From the NCBI GenBank assembly GCA_017499595.2, contig CM039003.1, forward strand, positions 2,170,001 through 2,234,000: DNA of 64,000 nt, given 5' to 3'. The notes below the pieces were generated by a model. The model worked only from the letters and a program-made list of their open reading frames with translations. It was not told where the DNA came from and did not search any database. Position numbers and translations under genes: made by a program. This document shows positions 14,670-31,329 of the stretch, in pieces (the stretch's first letter is position 1; the number at the start of each line of letters is the position of its first letter). Source of the stretch: Psilocybe cubensis (Eukaryota).

Positions 14670-14697
14670 TTGTAAGGCTATCCCGAAATTTCCGACA
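14670..14697 (-). repeat. Right terminal inverted repeat
   Basis: Reverse complement reads TGTCGGAAATTTCGGGATAGCCTTACAA. Confidence 0.95.
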
Positions 14698-17311
14698 GTA
14701 AGCAAGGAAATCGAGGATGAAAGCCAAATCGAGGGTCTCAAAGGCGAGGAAGAGCAGAAGGCACCTGAAGGTGATCATGAGGACGGCGACGCTATTGAGA
14801 TGGATAACGACTTCGGCGGCAAGTTGGAGGATGTACCTGATCCTGCTTCAGACAAAGAAGACGATCGCGACGACAAGGACGACGGAAGCGAGCATGATAT
14901 CGATGAAACTTTAGGTGATCTAAATGATTTAGATACTGATGCTGTCGACGAGAAAATGTGGGGTGACGAAAAAGGCCCTGAAGGTACCGGCGACAAAGAT
15001 GAGAAGACAGATAAAGATCATTCGAAAGAGCAGGCAGGTCCCTCCGAGGTTGTTGCTAAAGAGGGCAAAGAACAGAAGAAGTCCCAGGACCAGGAGAGCG
15101 ATCATCAGCCAGAACCGGAACCGCAAGCGCCGTTGGAAGACCATGAAGAACATCTTGAAGATGCAGGGAACGACGAACCCTCAGATCCCGATGTGAACGG
15201 TGGAAAAATGGATGACTATGTACAGGATGCCGAGACACTTGAATTACCTGACGACATGGATTTGGGGTTAGATGGGGGTGAAAAAGAAGGCGAGGACGAT
15301 TTAACTAAAGATGACGATCCTATGGATGGTGACGATGAAGGACTGCCTGATGATAATGTGACTGAGGGGCTTGAGGATTTTTCCATGGATGACAAAACAA
15401 CGAATACACCTTCAGCCGATGTTTCAAAAGAAGATGATTCAGAACGGAACGATGATAATGACATGTTCTCGGAGGCACCCCAAGGTGTGGATGATGATGA
15501 GGCCAACCGGGAAGAGGGAGAAGATGAGGAAGCGGATGAAAAAGTAGAGGCCGTCGCTCGACCCGACATCTCTCATGACGGCGGAATGGCAGACCCAGGC
15601 GACATCGCTAATCCTGAGGCTGGGGAAAACTCATCTACTGGGGAAACAGGGACATCTCAAGGTGGTTTGGGTCAAGCTGCTTCAAAGAACGAAGAAAAGT
15701 CCGCTAATGTTGACGGGTACGATCAATTTTGTACTATCGATTGAATTTCACTAACATTCGTGTAGATCCTTGGAAGCCACGCAACTTTCGGAAAGCGTGC
15801 CTGAAGATAATGGCGGCACGGGATCTGCGTCGTCTGGTGTTCAACAAGGCCAAAAGGAATCGCAGAACAAATCAAGACCCATTCCAAATCCTTTACGCAG
15901 TCTGGGAGACGCCCTCAAGGAGATCCAACAACGATTTGATGAAATTCTCAATTCTGAATCAATGGATGCTCCCCGAGATAAAATGGGCGAATCAAACGCC
16001 AAGTCTCAGGTTGAATACCTCCTTCCTGAAGATATTGATGACGAGATGCAGGCGTTGGGTCCGGCTGGGGAAGAACAAGTTGCGAAGTTGGATCAGCTCA
16101 CTATCGTGGACGACAACATGGAAGTTGAGGAACCGCCTTTTTCTATGGATGTGGAGCCACCGTTGGTGCCTGAGGTACATGATCAGAGTATTCATCAGTC
16201 ACCTATTGAGGAACAAGAGCCGACTGCTACTGGACGGGAGCACGGAAAGGACGTAGAAGGTGCCATCTTAAAAATAGGTGCAACTCAAGCCGAAGTGTCT
16301 GCTGTTCACGACCCATCTTTGCCAAAGGTGGACGATATTCATGATGAAGACGAGCTTATTGAAACCCAACTTCGTCAATGGAGAGCTGCTGACTACCCTG
16401 AAGATGGAGCGGAGAAGATTTGGCGTCTATATGAATCTCTTACTCATGATCTTGCTTACACTTTGTGCGAACAACTTCGCCTCATCCTTGAACCAACCTT
16501 GGCCACCCGACTGAAGGGCGATTATCGGACCGGAAAACGGCTCAATATGAAGAAAGTCATTTCTTACATCGCCAGTGACTACACCAAGGACAAAATCTGG
16601 TTACGTCGCACGAAGCCAAGTCAGCGAGAATATCAAGTGCTCATATCCATTGATGATTCTCGTTCAATGGCAGAATCCCATTCAGTTCATCTCGCCTATC
16701 AAACGTTAGCTTTGATTTCCAAAGCCCTGAGCCGTCTAGAATCTGGAGACGTGGCAATTGCAAAGTTTGGCGAAACTGTTGATCTGCTCCATGGTTTTGA
16801 CGAAGGCCCTTTCTCAGATCAAGCAGGGACAAAAGTTATCAACGCCTTCCGGTTCACACAGAAGGCCACCAATGTTTTGTCTCTGCTGCAATTAACTTTG
16901 AAAGTCCTTGAAAGTGCAAGAGAACGAAAAGCAATGAGTTCCGCTTCAGCCGCTGACTTGTGGCAACTTCAAATTATTATCTCCGATGGAATGTGTCAAG
17001 ATCACGAAAAACTACGCACTATGTTGCGGAAGGCTGAAGAACAACGGGTTATGATCGTTTTCATCATCCTAGACTCACTTCAAGGGACAAAAACTGAGCC
17101 GGGTTCTTCAAAAGGTGCAACTCATGGGTCGATTCTGTCCATGGACAAAGCAGAGTTCAAAATGGTCGAAGGAAGAATGGAGCTCCAACTGCAAAAATAC
17201 TTGGATTCATTCCCCTTCGAGTACTACGTCGTTCTTCGGGAGGTGGAAGCTTTGCCTGACGTTCTAGCCGGAACATTAAAACAATTCTTCGAGCGCATCT
17301 CTGAGGAATAG
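14698..17311 (+). CDS. MDN1: Midasin C-terminal portion: D/E-rich region and MIDAS (VWA) domain, downstream of the insertion
   Basis: Frame resumes SKEIEDESQIEGL..DAIEMDNDFGG..AVDEKMW. After an intron near 15716-15766 comes LCEQLRLILEPTLATRLKGDYRTGKRLNMKKVISYIASDYTKDKIWLRRTKPSQREYQVLISIDDSRSM (MIDAS DxSxS), IIISDG and YLDSFPFEYY; stop at 17311. Confidence 0.96.
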
Positions 17312-17735
17312 TTGACTTGCACACAAGGGGTCCTATCCAATGCCTGGTAATATATTGTGAAAATCTTGTTGTGGTACGTTGTACGACTCGGAGTAGTATA
17401 CATAAAAGTAATGTATAATATTTGTACAGTAGGTTTAATTCATCTTATCGCAAACTCAAAATGTATTTGAGTTTAAGGGTACTATTTGCATAATTGTCCG
17501 ATAACGAGGCCAGCAACTTGCAGATTCTGACACAATGCGATTACGTAATAGTAAGTTCGGACACAAATCGGCTGCTTTAAATATAAAACACACTCGCTTA
17601 CTACTTCACCTATTCGTAGATGATAGAGGAAGCAACCTCTGGAAGTCATTTTTAGCCAATCCTCCGTACTCTTGCTCCACGACGACTTTCAGGCGTTCCT
17701 CAGATTTATTCCTAAAGCTTAAGTCTCCGAAGTCC

Positions 17736-19917
17736 ATGTCTGCTTCGACGAGTTCTTCACCTACACCGAAGAACAAGACCTTTTCGCCCAAGGACGCTGA
17801 GGTCGAGGAAAGAAAGGGCCTTCTTATTGATGCGGACGAAAACTTGGATGACCACGATGAATACTTTGAAGATGACATCCCAACGACTCGGTCCTCTTGG
17901 TCGCGGAGAAAGATTACGACGACAGCCATTGTGATAATTGGGCTACTGGTGACTGGGGCGCTGGCTCGTACCGTTCTGTTTGGTAGTCCTGGAAGAATGA
18001 CGAACCATTCTGCTTTTTCTGGAGAAGAGCTGCGTTCCAATGGCACGGCCTTGTTCAAACGAACCGTCGTCGTCGTCTCCATTGACGGGTTAAGGTATGT
18101 CATGATGGTAATAATGGTAATTATGTTTTAACTCTTTTTAAAATGGACCACAGGGCAGACTATCTGGACCGAGGTTTCACACCTCATTTACTTGCACTCA
18201 GCAAAAAGGGTCTTCGAGCTAAATCCATGAAACCTATATTTCCAGTAAGTCGCGCATAGTTTACAGAGCAATTATATTCACTCTCAATCACCGGCAGACT
18301 TTAACATTTCCGTGAGTCAATGTTTGAGTAAAGGTACCTTTTCTCATCTACTCTATGTAACATAAAGTAATCATTGGGCTATAATGTATGTCACTTCCGT
18401 CTATTCATGTTAATCTGTTATTGAAGGTAACACAGGACTGGTTTGCATGCCGAATCTCATGGAATAGTAGCAAATGTGACGAACCGTTTGTCTGTATATT
18501 TGGCTCAGCTGATATATCTAGTTAGAACTTCTGGGATCCAGTTACTGGGGAAGAATTCCATTACAATCAAATTAAATCTGCCTGGATTTCATCCTGGTGG
18601 TTTGGAGAACCTGTGAAAAACCATCCCTCTGATTTTTACACTGACATTCACTGACTGTACAATATACCTTAGATGTGGGAAACCGCTGAGAAGGCGGGCG
18701 TGACGGCAGCTAATCTGATGTGGTGGGTACAAAATTTTACCCCCCCCCCCCTCCCCCCCCCTTCCTTTGCCTTGAATGACCTCAAAATAGGCCCGGTCCC
18801 CCAAAAACCACATCTGGATCCTCCGCAACATATTTTGTCCCCTGGAAAGTAAGAAAAACAATCTACAGTATGCTGGTCATTTCATCGAATCTTTCGTAGG
18901 ACAAAGTTCCCCTTGAAGACAAACTGAAGCAAATTCTAAACTGGATTGATCTTCCTCTTGATAAGAGACCACAGCTGATATTGGGTAAGTCGGAAACATA
19001 AACACTTAATTTGAGTATATCTTTACATTTTTTGACACTATTTCAGCCTATGAACCTTCTCTTGACCAAGCGGGTCATGCAACAGGTCCATATTCTGAGC
19101 GGGTTAACGTAAGAACAGAGTTTCATCATAGGATAGGCAACTTGATCAATTTCCATTCTCAGCATACCCTTGTACAAGTGGACGTTTTTGCAAAGGAGCT
19201 TCATGACTCCATCGCCGCTCGCAATCTAACCGATATAGTCGACATCGTTTTTGTTAGTGACCACGGCATGACAGATACCAGTAATCCTGAGCCAGTATAT
19301 ATGGATGACATTTTAGGCAAGGAAGGGATCGCTGCTATCGCTCACGAGGATGGCTGGCCATCAATGGGCCTTCGGTTCCATGAGCACGCTAATTTGTCGA
19401 AGCACCTCGACGCACTTTTAAAGGCTTCAGATAATAATCCGGAGAAGTTTGACGTCTATACCCACGAAACTATGCCCGAGAGATACCATTTTGCGAACAA
19501 TGAACGCATTGCTCCCATATATGTCGTACCAAAGATTGGATATATTCTAACAACACATGCAGAAGGCAATACTGGCATGAGCAAAGGGGTGCGTCAAAGT
19601 AACTCTCGAAAGGTTTTTCTCCTGATCATCAATATTACCAGAATCACGGATACGACAACGAAGAAGTTTCGATGCAGGCTATGTTTGTCGCTCATGGGCC
19701 ATTCTCTCACCAGGCTAAAGCACAGCACCAGCGACGATCAAAAATCGCGCATCTATCTTCTCGAGCTCATGAAGGTTGGCACTCGACTTCGGACGACACG
19801 TATATCATGAATACTTTCCAGAATGTTGAAATCTATAATCTGGTGATGAAACTTCTGGGTATTGAGAACATTGCTAATAACAATGGCACGCTCGGCTTCT
19901 GGGATCAATATCTATGA
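17736..19917 (+). CDS. NPP1: Ectonucleotide pyrophosphatase/phosphodiesterase (type II membrane protein, alkaline phosphatase superfamily)
   Basis: N-terminal TM segment, VVSIDGLRADYL, spliced [69 protein letters not shown] and FQNVEIYNLVMKLLGI. Confidence 0.93.
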
Positions 19918-20363
19918 TCTACATAGTAGCTTTATATTGCGTTGATTGCATATTTATGTTATCCGTTTTGTGGGCAATTATAGACCTTTAATGGATATAC
20001 TTTCAGCACATATCGTCTGAGTGGCATAAGTAATCTGTATCGGATGGAAAGCCCCACTGATTTAATGGATGCCTCTCTCTGACTTAGAGCAAGTGAACAT
20101 GCAAAATAAAGGCATTGACACATTATGTTTTCCGTTGTCTATTCTGTACTCGCCCAATTATGCTGGTTGGGGCAAGGTCAATGCGCTCGGGAACTTCTTG
20201 AATTACTGTATGCTTTGAGATTTATATGATATAACCCATATGTTTCCGTAAGTCTGAAAGCATATAAAATAGCCAAAGAGAAAAGAGTCAACACTACTAC
20301 ACATTCAAGGAGATTCAAAGTGCGAGAAAAGCACGACGACAAGAGATATCGCATCTTGGTCGA

Positions 20364-21358
20364 TCAATGACCATGATCAGCATCGAAAACCATGTGATTG
20401 TCGTGAATTGGTGAAGGGACATAAGCAGCCTCAGGCAAACCACTCTCATCGAGACCCTCGGCCGCTTCGATGATCTCATATAATCTTGAAGCAACTTCGG
20501 GAGGAGGTACACGTCCACCAAGAATGTCCTTGGCGGGTACTGGAGATCCATAGAAATCACGGTTGGCATCTTTCCTTTCGATAAGGACTGTCCCTTCAAG
20601 TGACAGACCAGCGAACAAGCCTAGGATGCATTTAATCTCCCCGTCAAAGATTTAAGCAAAATATACCTAGCACACGCACCTTTCGACTTTGAGTACGAGA
20701 ACATGGGGGCAGGGTGCGCTAACGATGCCTGCACACTTCCCCCTGTTCCTATAGGCCCGGCACTAGCACTAATGTTTCCGCCAATAGTAACGTTGCCTCC
20801 CATCGAAAATGCGCGTACAGCATCTTCACTGTTCAACACAATCACAAAGTCGGTGATATCTGCGCCTATCTGTAAACCCCATCCCACACCCCCTGTCGCG
20901 ATACATGATGGCGCAGACCAAGATCCATCAGGTAGGCGGGCTATGACAAGACCGGATCCTGCTTTCCCTGAGAATACAAATCCGGCTTTAACGACTTGGA
21001 ACACTGCCAGGCCTGATATCCAAGACATATTCAGAAAAAAGACTGTGGAAATAGTCGAATACTCACCTCGTGCCCTTTGCAAAACTGCCTTCGGGATGGC
21101 ATTGAGCGCTGACTCGGGCCTTTCAGGATCAGCTACACTTTTGAAATCAGTGTGCATAATGGTATATCTACAGGTCAGAAACTCACCGAGGAAGCTGTCT
21201 AAGATGTTGGCTGCTTTCTCTGCTTCACCCGGTAGTGAAAAGGTCTGGACAAATTCTCGAGATCCTGAAGCTACTTTGGTCGTGCTAGATTGAACAAATG
21301 CCGTGGCTTGCATCCCAGCCTTCTGTGCGCCCTTACGGAATTTATCAAGCATCGACAT
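20364..21358 (-). CDS. Ysc84/Lsb3-like SYLF (DUF500) actin-binding domain protein, no SH3 domain
   Basis: IPKAVLQRA.GLAVFQVVKAGFVFSGKAGSGLVIARLPDGSWSAPS..GLQIGADITDFVIVLNS..FSYSKSKGLFAGLSLEGTVLIERKDANRDFYG. Confidence 0.92.
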
Positions 21359-21741
21359 GGTGGAGGAAGAGATAAGCAAATTCGACTACGGACAGTGTTA
21401 GGAACAAAAGCAAAGGAACCTGTAAGCGCTACTTTACTCGGCATCCAATGTATTTATCCTTACGTCATCGCTTTCTGACTCCTTGACACCGACTTTGACA
21501 TGATACCAAAATGGAATAACTTCTCCACACCGGTACCATATAAAGAACTTAAAAAATCGACATTTATTCGCAGTCACTTTCAAGGCTTAAGGATTCTTGG
21601 TGGATACATAAGTCAGGCACTGCTAATCATACAGAATAGATCGAGACAAAACAAAGTTTATTGAAAGAACATTTGTTTGCTGGATACGGAGAATTTTGAA
21701 GAATAAATTGGGAATGAACCTTGGTTCGCACATCCAGCTTT

Positions 21742-23968
<2,227 letters not shown>

Positions 23969-25142
23969 CCTTGCTGATTGGAAGACCCAGTCAAAACCAC
24001 ACCGTATTTATACATCTTAGGTCAACCTCGCACTTTGTGGACGTCATGTCCAGGATGGCAACTGCCACTCAGACCTTTCCATCCTTTCCATCTTTAATTC
24101 TAAATAGAAGCACATGGGTACGTGCAGAGGTACTCTGGGCAGTTCGGAGCAAGCGGTCGAAATCAAGGACGTGCAATTTTCTGGTCTTTTGGTACTTTCG
24201 GCGACAGAGGAATTGTTCTCTACCCATTGCGCATGACCCAATCTTGACCAGCCCGGCCGCCTAGCCTTCAAACTCCTTCAAACCGCGTTCTGGCATCAGT
24301 CGCTAATTAGTGTCCTACAACACATGACAGATATCGATGAGCTACCTGAACCTGCCGATTACGAGTGTCCTTCTAAAAGCCTAAAGCGGTGGTCAAACGT
24401 TGATGATGTACTGCACCCGCGTTGGATACCGTTTCGTCGGACATAAGGTATGTAATTCCAAGAAACCAAGAAATTAAAGCCACGCTAGCAAACCGAGGAA
24501 CATTCAGGAAGAAGAGGAGGAAATAGAGTGCAGGGTCGGACATGGTCCCTGATGGGTGTTCCGGGAGTCATTGCACAAGATTTTGCCATGTGGGGCACAC
24601 GCGGGGGATCGATCAACCCCACACGCCCATTTATCGATATCCCCATTTGGTATCACACCATCCAAATTGGACACTGTTGGACTCACTGCCAGTTCTCAGC
24701 CGCTTTCACGCCCCATTGTAGAACTAGTGTTACTTATTGGCTTCAACATCAAAGCTTGTTCTCAAAGATATAATTTCTCCAAAGTTCGTTCATTCGAGGG
24801 AATGAGGTGCAAGGGATATGTAATATAGCCATTGGCGAAAATCCGATTATAGCCTACCCAAACAACCTGGGGCTCATAAAATGATGGACTCGGAGACAGC
24901 AGAGGATGGCCTTGGGTGGAAACGCTCCGTAGTGCATCATACCAAAATGTATAATAAAATTGGTTTGAATTTAAGTGTGTATATTTTAAATACTAAAAGG
25001 ACGAAAGGATACAGATCATACGGCTACAATTGGGACTACCGAGAAAATGTAATAGGCTACACTGATAAACTAGATAGTAACTTCGCTTTCAGAGAAATTT
25101 ATTGAAGGGTCAGACCGCTCAGCACGCGCTAAAACCCATAAC

Positions 25143-27306
<2,164 letters not shown>

Positions 27307-29771
27307 TCAGGGAAATTGTTCAAAGTCCTGAGGATGCCAATCCAGAGTGCAACTGCCTGGTCTTTATACTCGTTCAAATGGTCCTCATAAAGTTTCTTTG
27401 CATAAATTTGAAACTCGGTTGGTAGCGGGCACAAGCAGAACGCGACGGATATTGACAGTATAACTCCGAAAAGAACTTTCGATCGCATGGTGAATGGAGC
27501 TGCGATTAATAGAAGACCGGGGTGGACAGAATGTACCATATTGGCCAGGCGAAATAACCGTCTTGGCTGTTGGTCGCGTTGGTCAACTGACCGTGCAGAC
27601 GGAGTGGAAAGGGTCGTAAAAATTTAGAGGCGAAAATTCGTCGATACAGCAGTCGCAAATAAGAAATTCGTCAAAGGAACTATGGGTGACAAGCTTCTAT
27701 CGATTAAGACCCCGGAAGTGAACCAGGGAGCGTAGTAAATCGTAATGTGGGTGTTAATAATTCGTCTGCTCATCCCACAACTGCCTTTAAACCCAGAAGG
27801 CTGGTGTGGTTCAGGCAAGAAATTTAATTCGCGCGAAGTTGTGCGGAGGTAAACATAGAGTCAATCAAACGGTGAAGGGAGACGATGTGCAAGGATATAA
27901 AGCAATAGGATATGAAGGCGAAGTTATTTGCAAGTTGTATTGTCAGTCGTATGCATGCAAGGGGCCGTGACATTGATGGTAAGCATGGTCACGTAGATTA
28001 CCCACTTCACGTGATGCGTAAATTTGTGACTTCACGAAGTTCGTTCCCGTTCAGTGCGAGGGCTCCCAAATCTCTTCAAGTCTAAAGCTTCAAGCTTCAA
28101 GTTCCCTCTATGTAACTGGTCTTTTAGGGTATTCTATGGCAACTGCACAAAGTTTTTCAATAACCTTCAGGACCTTTCAGAACCTCCAGATCCTTGGAGC
28201 TTTCGGGCTCAATGACATGACACAGTCCGGAACTAACAACCACGTTTCTGCAATTATTCGCTCACGCGCGCGAGGACGGATATCCCATTCTTTTCGGCCT
28301 CTTTTCTTGTATGGTCAAAAAATCTCATTGGACTTTGTATCATATTTCTGCTGTTCTGATGCCCTTTCTATTGGTCCTAATTTCCGTCCGTTTTTCGCAT
28401 TGATATAACCTCCGATTTGTCTGGACGAGGTACTGGCTACGCATTCGTGGTGTCCGAAGCCTCCGAAATCCTAGAATGGACACCCTTGGACATCCTGGCC
28501 TTGCCGCGGATGCAGTCAAAACTCAAAAACTTAGACGGTCCCTCGGGCACAGATACTATAAACAAACCTTGTTTACAAGCGAGTTTCTCCATTTGCCAAA
28601 ACGTGGCACTGATTGCACTGAATACGCCCTTTCTGTAGACTGTAGAGTCTCAGGGCAATTCCACTCTCAATATCTCGTCATGCTTGCCGATGCTATGCAA
28701 TGACATCGTCGCCATGTGCCCACTGATCTTAATAACTGGCGAGATTCACTCAAGGCGCTGCTTCTTTTATTGGATTATAGACTGTTACCCTGCAATACTT
28801 GTTTGCAACCGGCAGTACACTGCAGTACACCTAACCCCCCCTGGTTTGCTTGTTTTGACACCAAACTTTTTGTTCAACTAGGCTTCAAAAGTTGCAGAGC
28901 TTATTACAAAAAATTAGTTTCGGAGGCATGTCAAAGGCTAGGTCTCAGACTAAACTCCCCACAACCCCATCATGTGGGGTACCCCGTATCCATTCGGTAT
29001 TGGTTGGCCCCGCGATCTACTCCGAATGGAATTCTGCTGATACACGGTGTTGACCTATAGATCCCTCTGTTACGAATTTCTGATAGAAAACCTTTTACAC
29101 ATGTGAAATTGACTTGTAGATACCATGATATTACCATTTAGAACCTGAGACTCTCTGGGAGCAATACGGGATCTGCGGAATTGTGAAGCAAGTATTTTGT
29201 AAACACGCGCCGTGTTGCGGTCGTTCTCGCATGTTTACTGTTCAAACAGCCTTGTCAATCAAATAATATCTTTTTGGACGATATGTGTATCGTCCAACTT
29301 TTTTCAAAATTTCTTTCACTGTTCATGGTAATGAAATGTACCATTGAGTTAAGTAGATCACCAATATGAATCATATCATCACACAACGACTTTTCCAAAG
29401 GGTCCATTGGGGTCCAGCAAAGAGCTTGCTAATGCTTTTACGTTTGAAGTTGCAATTTCTCAAAAATCTGAAGCATTCGCTTACAGCCTTTCTCTCAACA
29501 AAACTTTGCAACCATTTCAGTGCGCATATAGCGATGGGCAGCGGATCGAAAACAGGTCTTCCAAATGATTAAATGAAAATTCCCATGGCGGTAAGTGTAG
29601 CTTGAAATGTAAACTTGTTTCGCGTCTGAATGTCAGACCAGTCAGGTGAAGATGTTGCCAAATATATTCAATGTTGTTACCCCACGTGGCTTCGAGGTTT
29701 GCCCTTGGCATGCTTGCCTAACATGTCGAGCACTCCTAGTACTTTCATTCACTATCCGCCATTGATGCAAC

Positions 29772-31329
29772 ATGGTTTTTGGGCTGCTGTGCCTCTTCTA
29801 CATAAGCGCGCTGCTTTTCTTGACAATAGCATCGCCCGTGGAATTGGGCTCGGATCTCAAATTTGAAGCAAAGTCAGACCGTACTTGGCTGTGGGGTTGG
29901 GCCTGGGGTACGGAGAGCACCGTCTCTGTCGTTGATCGCACTCCCGCTGTGTCTTTTCCCTCAAGGCCAGGTGAGCCATTCTCTGAGATGTACTGCGTTG
30001 TGAAATATGGGTTTAAATAGCGGACCTCAATTCCTTTTAGCGGCTTTCGGGGCAGAGATTAATGATCCGCTTCTGGGATATGTTATTCCATTGTCATCAT
30101 TCACTACACCATGTCGAGCATCTTTAAATGCGTCAGATATTACTTTGCCTTTCAATTCTGGATGTCCCGACCTTTGCCTTAACGGCTCTGAACGCCCCAC
30201 CGAGACATGGATTGCACTTGTACAAAGGGGCAAGTGTGAGTTTGTTAAGAAGGTTCGCGAAGCACAAAGGCTCGGTGCGAAAGCAGTAGTTGTCGGTGGA
30301 GAGGATCCAGAGATTTCTGGTTTTCCAGACACCCTGGTTAACATGTACAGTCCGGGTAAGATCAAACCATTCGTTTTCTGGTCGAATAACCATTTAAGAC
30401 CTATCCAATAGAAGATTCTTCAGATATCAAGATATCAGCCACCTACATCAAGTATACAGACTACAAAGAGCTTTTCTCCCTTATATCACATTCAAATACG
30501 ACACACTCTGGCTTGCGTACACTGTCGCTCCTTATTACAGCAGAGTATTCCGCATGGGAATGGTATTCGTGCGTCCCTTTATATAAATAGAAAAAATGAC
30601 TTGACTCAGACCTTTGGTAGGCCCATCATAACCTTCATTATAATTCTTTTGTTGCCTTCAGCTTTGACTTTTATTACGCTCCTCATCCACAGAATCCGTG
30701 CTGCTAGAGCTGCCCAACGCGATCGTGCTCCGGAAGATGTCGTTAGGAATCTTCCGTGGCGCGTTTGGACCGGCAGCGGATGGGAGAAGCATGAGGGCGG
30801 GGAGGATGCAAACGCTTTTCCTGACGTCACCCCTTCTTCCGCCGACCTTGAAGAAGTAGTTGTATCCAAAGACAGATCAACCCCTGAGACGACTGCTGGA
30901 CCTCCTATTGAGGAAAATGCATCCACATCCCTCCCTGCTATACCCCCTGACAACCAGCCTTGGTTTGAGACACAAGTAGAATGTGCTATCTGTCTTTCAG
31001 AATTTGCTAAAGGTGACAAAGTTCGAGTATTACCCTGTCATCACATATTCCACCTTCATGAGGTGGACGAATGGCTTATACAGAGAAAAAAACTGGTCCG
31101 TTGTTTTGTCTTATTCTTGCTTTTTTGTCGTTTCACTTGTCTTTTTTAGTGTCCTGTGTGTAAGGCGGATGTCACTCAACCCAAACCAGAATCTCCTACC
31201 ACCACCACCCATCCGTCTGATAACGACCAAAGTCAAAGCGAGCAACCTCAATCGCTCCGACCCACGCCAACTGCTGATGCCACAGAACGAACCCCTTTGC
31301 TTACGACCCGTCCCGAGGAACATAATTGA
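29772..31329 (+). CDS. PA-TM-RING-H2 E3 ubiquitin ligase (RNF13/RNF167-like)
   Basis: Signal peptide; PA domain WIALVQRGKCEFVKKVREAQRLGAKAVVV; TM segment; RING-H2 CAICLSEFAKGDKVRVLPCHHIFHLHEVDEWL..CPVCK; C-terminal ERTPLL dileucine-like motif. Confidence 0.92.

Larger units (their letters stand above)
7052..14697 (-). mobile_element. Plavaka-type (CMC/EnSpm-related) DNA transposon, 7,646 bp, apparently full length
   Basis: Termini TGT...ACA with 28-bp inverted repeats (24/28 identical) and GT on both flanks (7050-7051, 14698-14699). Removing the element plus one GT restores the midasin frame AAT GTA AGC AAG GAA ATC (N-V-S-K-E-I). It is visibly AT-richer than its flanks and carries two minus-strand genes. 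Confidence 0.95.

Noticed and set aside
14800-15744. Acidic 314-aa ORF as an independent gene
   Set aside because: It is the D/E-rich region of midasin, in frame with the sequence before the insertion and spliced to the MIDAS exon.
20703-21293. 196-aa plus-strand ORF (similar cases: 17606..18103, 30606..31019)
   Set aside because: Antisense shadows of well-supported genes, with no recognisable motifs.
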